Assembly (NCBI GenBank): GCA_951406725.2
Contig: OX597815.1
Span: 54,312,001-54,376,000, forward strand
Length of the DNA stretch: 64,000 bases
Direction of reading: 5' to 3'
Source: Octopus vulgaris
Taxonomy: Eukaryota
Below, in pieces: positions 1 to 11,525 of this stretch. Positions within the stretch are counted from its first letter, which is position 1. Each line of letters opens with the position of its first letter. Position numbers and translations under genes: made by a program. The notes under the pieces were generated by a model that was not told the DNA's origin, made no database searches, and worked only from the letters and a program-made list of their open reading frames with translations.

Positions 1-95
1 TTTCATGTAGCTATGAAATGTTTCCCCCAAATATTGTATTCTTGGTGAGAAACGCTTACACGATTCCAAATAGGTTTAGTGTAGATATTCATATT

Positions 96-306
96 GGTTT
101 GAAATTTTAGCACAGGAACAGTAATTTCGGAGGAGGACCGGTCAATTACATCGACCGCAGTGCTCAACTGGTACCTAATGTCTCGACCCCAATAGGACGA
201 AAGGAAAAATCGGTGCCGGTAGAATTTGAAACCAGAACGTAAATACGGACGAAATGCCGCTAAGCATTTTGCTCAACCTGCTTACGATTCAGTCAACACG
301 CCGCCT
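96..306 (-). mobile_element. tRNA-derived SINE, family A (Deu/Nin-like core), degenerate
   Basis: Reverse strand has a tRNA-like head (gaatcgtaagc...ggtttcaaattc) and the core 'ctttcgtcctattggggtcgagacattaggtaccagttgagcac'. Related copies lie at ~50410-50860 and 61480-61680. Confidence 0.75.
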
Positions 307-695
307 AATTGTAGATATTTATATTATGATGCAAACCATACACGTACACTTCAGTTTTTTTATGGTGGAGATTTGATCTCAGTTTGTCGGACATAAGTCC
401 AAGCCAACTAGCAGAAGAGGAGAGTTATTATGTAAGTTGTGGGTATATAAGGGAATAAATAAATCCGTGTTTTCTAGCCAAATCTGATGTTTTATCCCTT
501 AGCTACTCGAACTATTTCATGATAGAGTGAGTTAAATTTCAAGTTAAATTTGAATCGATAACTCACCATCATAAGATTCTAATTCAGGAAGATTATATAG
601 TTTAACAAATGTCAATTTCGTCGAAAAACCAGTTCTGTATGCAGACTAATATAGAGAAGTAATTGTGTTCATTTACAAATTCTTTGCAACAAGCT

Positions 696-836
<141 letters not shown>

Positions 837-1229
837 CGACAGATAGGGAGAGTGGGAGAGATAAAGTGTGTATGTGTATGTATTCGCAAATCTGCGTCCG
901 TGTGAGCGTATGCTTTCTATGTTTTACATTCATAAAGAGTCATCATTTTATTTTTAGATATTCTCGCTTTTCCGCCTTTATTTTTGCTCTACTTTGTATT
1001 ATCTTTTACTCTTCTTTTGGTTTTATACCTTTTTGACAATCATCACCATCGTCATCGTCATAGTTTTTCTGATCATGGTACTCATTATCCCCATCATCAT
1101 CGGCAGCACCGTTATCAGTGTTCTTGCTACTGATATATTTGCTACACTCATCGATCATTCTTTTTTTCCGTGATAATAATCATCACCCTTACTGTCACCA
1201 AAAATATACTAATCTACTTTTTCTCGATA

Positions 1230-2390
1230 TAAAGATAACTTATTTTTTATTCCAAAACCTTTGTCGTAGCAGACATTTTAAAAGAAATTATATTGTTATT
1301 TCATTCAATAATAGAATATTTCGGTCAATATACTCTTACAAATGTTCAGTGCCTTCTACAATTACATGATAGCAGCTTTACGATTGGATTGTTTGCAAAT
1401 GATTCATGTACACTGATTTTCTAGATAATTAAATAATCAATTTCACAATTACATGGAAATGACGACATCAATCACAACACTAACAATTGAATGATGATGA
1501 AGGAGAAGAAGAGAAGAAGGAAGAAGAGGAAGGTGGTGGTGGTGCTGCTGCTGCTGCTGCTGACTATGATGACGATAATGTTGATGATAATCGTAACGTA
1601 GACGAGAAGCGACAATCGTGTTGACGGTAACGACGACGAAAAGTGAAAAGATGAACATGAGCTGAAAATTAGGTGGAAGGCCAAGATTTCACATTTATAA
1701 ATCTTGAACGGATGTATTCAGCACTTAATAGTTAACATTTGCTATCATCAATTATGGTCTTAACTTAGATCTTAAATCGATTTTCTGTTCGGCTAAACAG
1801 ATTCCCTTGACACTCCACTAGTTCGGTTCGGTTATTTCCTTCAATCCATCGAGTGTGTTTTGCCACTCTCATTATTCCTACACAAAGACCTTTTATTGCA
1901 TAAGCATCATAAAAGTATGAAGATAACAAACTGTAAACCTACTTTGAAGTTTTTATGAAGGAATTTTCAATATTTCAAGAAAAACAGCTTTTCAATTTAA
2001 CATTTACACGCTAACACATATCGAATATTCCACTATATACGTTTGGAAATTTCTCATTGCTAATACATATTAGTCGGCTGAGAGAGCTTCATTTATTAGA
2101 ATCAACTTTTAATGCTGTTATTGCAGACAGACCTTGGTCGTCTAATCCGACTCTCGCATTTTTCCAGCATATATAGAGAAACAGAATGTGAATAAATTTA
2201 TACATTGACGATTTGATGCCAATTCTAAAACAATCCAAGTGTGGATTATTTTCAACTTTAAAAATAGCTGAAGAATGTTTCTGGAATTATGATTTTCTTG
2301 TAGGTTCCATTAAGCCAGTGAATGTCACATATTGCAACAATTAAGCGGGAATCTTAAGGTAATTGGAACAGAAACACTTCATTAGTGCGC
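1230..2390 (+). pseudogene. N: Endogenous viral element: decayed paramyxo-like nucleocapsid gene, split by a trinucleotide-repeat tract at ~1450-1670
   Basis: Translation across stops and frameshifts gives IECVLPLSLFL..LL (1848), KPTL...YF, FHYIR/FG (2028-2047), RELHLLES (2081), YIEKQNVNKF (2170-2199), CGL, WNYDF (2282) and VIGTET (2359). This is the same order as paramyxovirus N core motifs I...LSLRRF, KP, TIRFG, EL..LES, LE.SIQNKF, AMGV, NY.F, LG.ET. Spacings run up to about 10 aa longer. Aligned by eye. Confidence 0.5.
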
Positions 2391-2464
2391 GTGCAAGTAT
2401 ACATGTATTCAATAACGATTTAAAAACAGCATTAGCGCTGTAAATACTAAATGTGTGTGTTTTA

Positions 2465-2680
2465 TTCCTTCGCCGGTTCGCTGCAGCGTGGGGTTTGCGG
2501 CACGATTTCCTCATTACACTGGATGTTGAAACACATAATAATTACAGACAGGCGAGACAACCCACTTCTGATCGAATTCAGGAGTGATGGATACTGATGT
2601 TTCGCCGTTTTCATGGCTTAGCAATATCACGATCTTGAATCGAACCAGGGACGAATCGAATCGCCAGTCTATAACCATAT
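2465..2680 (-). mobile_element. Degenerate tRNA-derived SINE
   Basis: Reverse strand begins atggttatagac...ggttcgattc (A/B-box-like). Confidence 0.4.
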
Positions 2681-2989
2681 ATATAGACAGTGTAAAAACT
2701 ATTTGCTGGTATGCTACTGTTAGGCATGCGTAAGATTAAATTCAATAACGAGTTAAACGCAGTGCTATTGTTTTAAACATTATCGACCGTACATACTCAA
2801 TGTATGTGTTTTATTTGTTTGCGCTTCGCTGTAGATAAGTGCTTGGGGTAGAGTCCTGCGGAAGAGCACCACAAAGACTCAGATCTGCTTACGTGATGCA
2901 GATCTAACAATGAATGTGATAAGCAATACATTCCGTTGTCAGAAGAAAGTAGAATATATCTAAATAAAGAGGTATGTAGATCAATGGGT

Positions 2990-3480
2990 CAATTGGAAAA
3001 GGAAGACATGCTGGTGAAATGTACCAGATGACTGACGAGGATAAAGATCCGGATATGTTCAAAGACACGAGAGTTTGTTACTCGAGAAACATAGAAAAGA
3101 AGAAAAAGGTGAGAATGGATGGAGAAAGAAGGGAAGGGTGTGTCAAGAAGAGATGATATGTAGGAGTGGCTTAGCCTTAAAGTCGTGAAGGGGTGGTATG
3201 AACGAGAATTTAGGGTGGTAAAGAAAATGAATAGATGATAAGTAGACATACCATACCTGTAAAGACTTTGTACTACTGGGTGGTTGATTTAGGCAAATGG
3301 TCAACATCAGACAGGTAGGGGTAAAATAGAGCTATACATCAAAAAGAGTGAAAGAGATGGATCAGGAGATAACAGTTAGAACTTGTACAGGGTATCCAGC
3401 TAGAAGACTTGCACATATCGGTCTGGAAATTGTTAAGTTATGGAGGAAAGTATTAAGTTTAATAGAGAACTTAAAGATAT
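2990..3480 (-). mobile_element. Penelope-like retroelement fragment
   Basis: Minus-strand translation (STYHL..., HPFTTL) resembles the PLE RT-thumb/linker and the fragment at 17.3-17.9 kb. Confidence 0.45.
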
Positions 3481-4907
3481 TTTTAACATAGAACTCATCA
3501 GTGTCAGTCCGATTATGTAGGTAATACTCGTCCTGCCAAGCTGAAACGGCAAAATTACTTAATAAAAATAAATTCTAAAATAATAAATGAGTATAATTTA
3601 AGGTAAGGAGGTAGAGAAAAGTAAGGGAAAGTTATAGGAATTACAATCACCATTAATCACGTCGACGAGAAGTATGCCGGTCTGTAGTTGGCCTAAAATA
3701 TCGATTTATGTTGAAACCAGAATGTTTTGAAAGGTTTATTCTGAGCTTTTATTATATGTTCCTATTATCCATATGACTTTTGACACCGCATCTCTCTAGA
3801 TATTGTGTGTGTGTGCGCGCGCGTGTGTGTGCATGTATATGTGCGTGTATATGCGTAGGTATGTGTTTGTGTATATATGTATACAGACACGCGCACACAC
3901 ACATAAGTATATATACATATACACATAAGTATATATACATATACACATATATGCACATACACATATACATATATATTATCAAGCAAAGTGGAAATGTTGT
4001 TTAAGCAAACCTTTTTTATACCAACGCATATATACCATAGAACCAAAAAGTAAGCGCCATTACATTTAGTTAAGTTAGTATAGTCAAACGTGATGTTAGT
4101 ATGCGTTTCTAATGTTGCCGTATTGAATGAAAATGTACAACTTTAAATCGAAGGAAAATATTTTAGTCAAGATAAAGCAATCCACAAAAATTGTTGCAGT
4201 TCGTATTCTTCAATAATTTGTTAGGTTCAACAGCTTCTATTTTAAACTTTGCTGGAGACCCTATCACTTTGTTTCGTTTAACTATTTATACCAATATTAG
4301 AAATATTAGAACCAATTTTTCTTTTACTATGCTCCATTAGTGTTGGCTGTTATCAATTTGTGCATTAGTTGATCAAAGTCAAAAATTTGTGACGGCTTTG
4401 CTATCTTGGAAATAGCAATCTCTCTAATATAATTCTACCAACTGAATTGCCTACTTTAAGCATGAGAAATTCAAATTTAAAAGTAAAGGAAACGACAAGC
4501 GTTTCTTTAACAAAAATGTGCTTTATTTATTAGTGTAGAATGTATCCAGGTCAATTTATTCAGTACTTTCTGAGATTTAGAACTAATAGTTTTTCTATTT
4601 AACTTGAATTTTTTCCCATTTATGCCAAAACAAAATCAGTTGTGCTTTGTCGCCGTGTGTTAATTAAAAAACTCGTAAAAAAATGAATAAATATGTATTT
4701 CATAAATATTCAATATTTCAGGTGCTTGGATTATAATGACATTCACAGTATTAGTTACACCCTTTGTGATCTGAGTTTATTGGGTTGGAACTTACGTTTC
4801 CTTCATAAAAGATCGATAACATCAAGTATGAATTGGTTAAGGATACCCTTCCTCTAAAATTTTTGGTCTTGAACCTATATCAGAAAGTCATGTGTATCTG
4901 AAATTGA

Positions 4908-5009
4908 TACTAGTATATATCAAACACCATTCTCAAAAGATATTGAGTTGAAATAAATATTCATAAAAAGCTTCTATATTTTGAGAATGGTGTTTGATAT
5001 ATACTAGTA
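4908..5009. repeat. Perfect 31-bp inverted repeat with a 40-bp spacer (MITE-like hairpin)
   Basis: tactagtatatatcaaacaccattctcaaaa (4908-4938) is the exact reverse complement of 4979-5009. Confidence 0.9.
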
Positions 5010-6499
5010 CTTAAATATACTAAAAATAAGAATTAGATCTTATTCCTTTTTCTTATACAGCTCATCTAAATTTAACGAATAATGGAAATTTATGAAACTA
5101 TGGTACCTGATAATGGAATATATAGTCTGAGAAATAGGAAACAAAAATTGAAGAACAAGAAAATACAGATGTGCACAATAATTATCTAATATTTTCAAAT
5201 TAAACAATTCTTATATTTTAACATATTACAGAAAGAAACAATATTGAACCCATTGTGGAGTAAATTATATTTGTAAAGCTGGATTAAAAACATTAATATC
5301 TGAATATCTGATGATTCGTACAAAACTTTTCGGATAAATGAAGAAATATACAGAAAAAATACTTTGATAAATATATCTGCTAGCTTATGTATTCTTAAAG
5401 AAGATAAGATTAAAATCGATTACAATCAACTCGAAGACGTAGGGTGCGAGTGTTTGTCATAGAATTTTACTATGATCAATTTTTCATTCTTCAGGCAGTG
5501 ATGTTTTTGATTGAAATGTAATCTAACAGCGTGAATATATCATTTTCAATGGAATTTAGGATTCGCACATTAAATAGTTGTTTTCGTAATTTTTATTTAC
5601 CTTTCTATTTTTATTTTTTATTTTTTTCCATCTCTACCTTCGTTCAACCTGCTGATGCCAAGCTTGTGTTTGAAACAGTATGATATTTTTATCTTTCTGA
5701 TCATAGAACTAACAACTGAAACATTTATTCTTGCTTATATTGGCTTGCTATTTTCATATTTCTACATCTATCATACGCGTAATCGCACATCAGATATCCA
5801 CTGATTCCACTCTGATTCTTGAAGTTCATACACCATCATACGTGAAAGAACGTGTGAAGATGAATAAAGCAAATAACATTTGACACAAAGAAGGTATGAT
5901 TTAATAGAATGGAATATATCATAACAGTCATTACTATATTTATTTGTGTTTCTTTTTTCAGTTCAGTCATTAATGAATATGCGTGGAGAGAGGGGGGTGT
6001 TAGTATAAGTTTAAGAATGAAAGTGATACATAGGAATGATTTCAATGCTTTTCTGTATTCCTGAGACATATGTTAAGTAGTCGTGTGTTGTTATTAAGTA
6101 TAACTACTCGAACATGCAGAAGAAAAAGTGCTTGTGCATAGCCAAGGTGATTTGCATAATTTAAACTTGAATGAACTTAGAGAAATAAGAAAGGGTGGAT
6201 AGTGACGTGTATTTTAACAACAAAGATAAATATTATGTGTGCGTGTGTATGTGTTTATGTGTGTGGTTGCAAGTGTGTGTTAATTAAAATGAGCTAAGGA
6301 AACTAGGTCAAAGTGTCCAGTAGCATGATTTGAAAAAAATAGACAAAATCAGATATACTAATTAACATACAACATAAATACTCGATATATTAAAATTATC
6401 TCCGCCTCTAGAGAATGTGCCAATTTACATATATGCTAATTATTCCTCAATTCATATTACCTGCACAAAAACTTCAAATATTAATCCGTTTCAGATCTA

Positions 6500-6677
6500 T
6501 ATTTAAGAGATAAGGAATTATGTACATTATTTACATTATTTACATTTGACGGATATTTGTCCTCATCTTGTTTGTTGTTAACACAGCATTTTAGCAGATA
6601 TACCCCCCCCCCCAGCCTTCATCAGGTGCCTTGGGGAAATTTCGAACCTGGGTTCTCATTCCTAAGGTATTTTTCGA

Positions 6678-6719
<42 letters not shown>

Positions 6720-6893
6720 TCAGGTCACTGCCTCGAATTATTAAACTTGGAATCTTGGGGTTAGTAGCCTGCGCTCATAACCACTACGCCATATATCGCT
6801 CTTAACAACGGACATATGGCGTAGTGGTTAAGAGCGCGGGCTACTAAACCCAAGATTCCGAGTTCAGTTCCAGGCAGAGATGTGAATAATAAT
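6500..6893 (-). mobile_element. tRNA-headed non-autonomous element with (AAT)n, a decayed hammerhead motif and an inverted duplicate head
   Basis: Heads at 6720-6794 (-) and 6815-6890 (+) carry A box tggcgtagtgg, with B-box-like gagttcagttcc in the + copy. The minus strand continues through (AAT)n to cacCTGATGAaggctg...ctgctaaaatgctgtg. Confidence 0.75.
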
Positions 6894-8451
6894 ATGCTGA
6901 AGACTGTGCACGACTGATATTTTACTGAACCACTGACACTTCAGATACGCTTAATGACTCTGCCTGTGGCGGATATAGAACCCTTAATTAAAGCGTAGAT
7001 ATTTTGCCGTATTTATGTGCAAGGTCCTTCACTGTCTTCCATCTGAGAAATAAAAAGCATGACTCTTGACAAAAAAATTTCTATCTCATCCATCAAATTC
7101 ATTCAAATTAACTGCAAGTTACAGAATAGTGAATTAAACGGTCGTAGTCCCATGACAGTGTGAGCTGAGTTAAAAAAAAACCATTGGATTTACTATTTCT
7201 TTGATGCAAAATCTAGAATTATATTGTCTGCGATGTTTATTTTCTTTTTTGCTTTCAATCTGTTGAACATGAATAGCATGTAAGCACTAAATATCCGATA
7301 ACAAAATAGTAACCTGGGAAATGCGTACAAGTTGGTTTGAAAACGATGTACAGCAGGAGAGAAACATCTATAAATACACTTGAAAGCGTTTGAAAGATAA
7401 AAGACAACTGATCAAAGTAGATAAACATATGAAACACAGTGGGAAGGAGTTAAAGAAAAACGAGAGTTTGAAAGAGAAAGTGGACGATAAAAATGAATCA
7501 AGGGAACATTGTAAACAAAACAAATCAAAAACGACTGTCAAAAAATAAAAGCATAATAAAACCAGAACCTAGATGAGAAAATGAAGAGATACCAACAACA
7601 TATTGGGAAAGTGATTGAATAAAATCTACTTGGAAGACATTCAGGCAAGATAAATCGGAATATCTGAGAAAGTCGAAATGAAAAGTATATTTTTTAAACA
7701 AGATTTTGACACAAATCACAAGAACGAGTTTTGATGACACGTACATTTAAACAGGCCTTCTTTTTTTTTTAGATATATTTAATATATATATATATATATA
7801 TATACAAGAACACAAATATATTTATGTGTAGGTATAAATACATACATACATACATAAATTCATACATACATACATGTGTGTATGTATGCGTGTGCATGTT
7901 TGTGTGTGAGTGTGTGTAAATGATATTTGACACAAAATGTTAAATATAACATAAACTAGCTTGTCTAACCTGATGCACTAGTTCACAATAAACAGAATAT
8001 AAATGCTCAGAGAACAGTTAAGGTATAAAGGGCCGTGACAAAGTATACATGATAAATATGGAAGACGTGCCTATGCATGTGTGTATGGGGGAGAGCGTGT
8101 ATGTGTATGCCTGCATCTAGCTGTGCGCGCGTGTGTATGTGTTATTATTTTTTATTCAAGAGAGAAGCAGTGCCCATGACCCTTTATAGGACTTGTGAGA
8201 ATAATGAAAAGAGAAGGAAGGGGTCAAACTAAAAACCAGACCGAATGCTAGTGTCTAACCGAAGGATATAAATCTGTTACAACATTCTAGGGCGTTTTCT
8301 CCAGACATAGGAAATTATATACATGTAATTAAATGTAGATGAAAATAACATCACTTTCATAGTAAGATTTTCTTTGGCAATTCCCCTATATATTTCTATA
8401 AGTAAATGAAATATATGCAATCGTCTCTATGTCTCCAGATATAAGAAATAG

Positions 8452-8986
8452 AGAGACTGTGTGGTATGTAGCTTGGTTACCAACCACATGGTTCCCGGTT
8501 CCGTCCCATTGCGTGACACCTTGGGTAAGCGTCTTCTACTATAGACTTGGGGCGACCAAACCTTGTGAGTGGATTTGGTAGATGGAAACTGAAAGAAGCA
8601 TGTCGTATATATGTATATACATGCGTGTGTGTGTGTGTGTGTGTGTGTGTGAAGACGCATGGCTCAGTGGTCAGAGCGTCGAGCTTACGATCGTGAGGTT
8701 GTGAGTTCGATTCCCGGACCGGACTGCGTGTGTGTTCTTCAGCAAGACACTTTATTTCACGTTGCTCCAGTTAACACAGCTGTAGAGATGAGTTGCAACA
8801 TCACTGGTGCCAAGCTGTATCGGCCTTTGCCTTTCTCTTGGTGTGGAGAGGGGAGGCTGCTATGCATAGGCGACTGCTGGCCTTCCACAAACAACCTTGC
8901 CCGGATTTGTGTCTCGGAGGGTAACTTTCTAGGTGCAATCCCATGGTCATTCATGACCGGAGGGAGTCTCCTCATACATATATATG

Positions 8987-9050
<64 letters not shown>

Positions 9051-9165
9051 CTTGTGTGTCTGTATTTGATCCCCCAACATCGCTTGACAACTGATGCTGA
9101 TGCGTTTACATCCCCGTAACTTAGTAGTTCGGAAAAAAGGCGATAGAATAAGTACTAGGCTTATG
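8452..9165 (+). mobile_element. tRNA-derived SINE, family B (CORE-like), interrupted by another SINE
   Basis: Head gtgtggtatgtagcttg...ggttccgtccc, core gacaccttgggtaagcg, internal (TG)n. Matches copies at 34918-35326 and 52998-53444. Confidence 0.9.
8652..8970 (+). mobile_element. tRNA-derived SINE, family C, nested in the (TG)n of the family B SINE
   Basis: A box tggctcagtgg, B box gagttcgattccc, central gcaagacactttatttcac. Confidence 0.85.
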
Positions 9166-9368
9166 TATAATAAAACGTACATGAAAATAACATCAAGCAT
9201 AATTAAATCTCAGAATGAGATTGAAACAGTAATCGCTCGATAATGTAAAGTATAGAAGCCATCTTATCATGGCTAACCACATTGGGGAGGGGGTGTTGCT
9301 GTAGCTTTATAGCCCCAAGAGATCTTCGTCTCTAGCTGGCTTTAGACACACTATCTGTGTCCTTGAAG

Positions 9369-9500
9369 TATTTGCAAAGGGAGGCCATCCCTTCCTCGCA
9401 AACCTGAGTGATACGCTCGAACTAGTTTCGGGATTGTTGTCTCTCGTCAACGGGCGGTAACCACCAGGTAGCGATGAAAGTGAAGGCTCCTTTGCAAATA
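9369..9500 (-). ncRNA. Minimal type-I hammerhead-like motif capping a long imperfect hairpin (Penelope/retrozyme-like)
   Basis: Minus strand reads gcccg-TTGACGA-gaga...tccc-GAAAC-TA-GTT-cgagc. Arms extend to tatttgcaaagg/cctttgcaaata. The core has a C3>U change. Confidence 0.6.
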
Positions 9501-10479
9501 TATATAAGTTTTTTTAATGGCGTCTGCCACTGATGTCGAAAAACGAACAGTAAACATATTTTCATGGTAATATCCCTTGAAATTCCCCTTTATATTTCCA
9601 TAGGTACGTTAAATAAATGCAATCAACCCTAAATATGTAATCAAGTATTTTAAGATAATTATTGCCTATCTCTTTTTATACCATAATTATCATCTGGTAC
9701 TTCTATGATGTTAATACTTATTTACATAGTATATATTACAAAAATAGTCCAATAAATGTATTTTAAGTTCTTGTATTATTTTTTTATTATGTAGAATTTG
9801 TATTCCTCGCGATATTTAACAACTTAAATGCACTTCCTACGTTATACTATTATAATTGATTAAAAAATTTAAACATAATTCAGTTGCTGTAATTCGGAGT
9901 AGGTGTCTCTTTATGTAACACAGTCACCGAGGGCTTTTCTTTTTACATCACTGGTAAAAGTTACTGGTAAAATTGCATGAACCACATGATATCTTCATAC
10001 AGAGAATAATGTAAAATATAATTTAACTAAGAACGTTTAGATGTTCGAGATTGGTATCTGGACAGATTCCGATTGCGAGATGTATGCATTTATGTATTCA
10101 CTTCCGGACCCTCTCACTCTATGAGAATTTTCAGTCCGATCACACGTGGCTTGAGGTATACTGTTGAATTTCTATTTTGGATATATTTGGGGTACTTAAA
10201 TGTGCTCATGACTTAGTATTTACTTCTTCCATGGGTACAAGTAAGTATCTAATTAATTTTCTTATCGTATTTATCGCCGATGATGAGAAAATTCTAAATG
10301 AATTAACTCAGAAATTGGTACCAATCCGATAATAACGAATTTTTTAGAAATTTCTATTGGCTTACTTTCGAGACGCGTGCTTATAGTGATAAATTATATG
10401 GTTATTGACGATTAAGTCTATATTTCGGCATATTTGGCATTGGAATTTTTTCTTTTGCCCTTGTTTATAAGTTGTAAAA

Positions 10480-10996
10480 TCTATATATATAAAACTGTAG
10501 TTGTGTGAGTGTCTGTCCCCTTCGATTTAGATTCCTAACTCCTCCCACATTTTGCGGTGCAGTTTAACCAAATTCGGGTATCTTATAGTCGTGATTAATA
10601 TCGAGCCCGTCTGGCTATTAGCGCGCGTCTACAATGAGTCTACGATTTTAAAAATAATTTAACATCATTTTTTATTCCATTTTAATGCATAATTTTTCGT
10701 GTGTCAATGGCGGCGGAGTTGGCGTCCACGCTCAAACACCTGCACCTGTGTTTGCTTCTCCCCCTTCTTCCCTCCCTCGTGAAGCTGTGGGGAAGGGAGT
10801 GTAAGGAAATCAACGTCGTAAAGCGTTGTCAAGGAGACCAGCGTTCTTTTAGAACAACGACTTCATGGCTTGAAGACACCAAAACAGAAATGGCTAAGAA
10901 AGCCCGAATTGGCATCTATAAGGGAAGTAACTCTCTAAAAATGCTTATATAGTTATTTCCCTTACAAACCCGAGCAACGCCGGGCGATACTGCTAG
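10480..10996 (+). mobile_element. Non-autonomous Helitron
   Basis: 5' TC, subterminal hairpin cccgagcaacgccggg, 3' CTAG. Inserted between A10479 and T10997 with no TSD. Confidence 0.9.
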
Positions 10997-11039
10997 TTAC
11001 ATATAATAGAAAAATTGAAATTGAAATAACAATAAAATG

Positions 11040-11225
11040 TCAAAGATTAAATAAATTGCAAAAAATAATAATAATAACGTATATAATAGGTAGAAAAACG
11101 ACATGTGTTTCGTGGCTATATTTAAGAAATGATTATAGTAGTAGAGAAATCACTTGGATATAAATATAGTCACTCATCAGGTTAAAAATAAACTAGAACA
11201 ATAAAATAATTAATTAATAAATATA

Positions 11226-11274
<49 letters not shown>

Positions 11275-11525
11275 ATCCTAAATATACATAAGTGAAAAAT
11301 AAAATAATACTTAAATAATTAAATGCTTTAAAATTAAATAAAATACACAAAGATAGTACAAGTCATTAAATTGTAATCAAAATAAGAAATGGTTCAAATA
11401 TAGACAAACTCCTTAAATCTTAAGTCTAAATCAGTATCTGGTGCATTTCCTTTCTTACAGATAAGAGAAGCCTCTTTTACTTTCTAAGTTAACATTATTG
11501 ACATCGGATGATTAAATATATCTTA
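11040..11525 (-). mobile_element. Penelope-like element 3' end
   Basis: Minus strand KVKEASLI (GIY-YIG C-terminal Glu region), then an AT-rich UTR and a hammerhead motif. Confidence 0.55.
11097..11183 (-). ncRNA. Minimal hammerhead ribozyme (PLE type)
   Basis: aac-CTGATGA-gtgactatattt...aaatatagccac-GAAA-c-acat-GTC-gtt. Core intact, long stem II, 3-bp stem I. Confidence 0.75.

Noticed and set aside
3480-3550. CTGATGAG on the minus strand as a hammerhead
   Set aside because: No stem II or GAAA partner follows.
4205-4340. NFAGDPIT as the L 'GDP' motif
   Set aside because: Isolated short match, out of gene order, with no flanking motifs.
4722-4800. LRR-like exon reading CLDYNDIHSI
   Set aside because: No GT donor at the expected 69/72-bp position.
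10275-10385. Possible long hammerhead (tgatgag...ttcgagacgcgtg)
   Set aside because: Both core boxes are mutated, so it is too degenerate to call.
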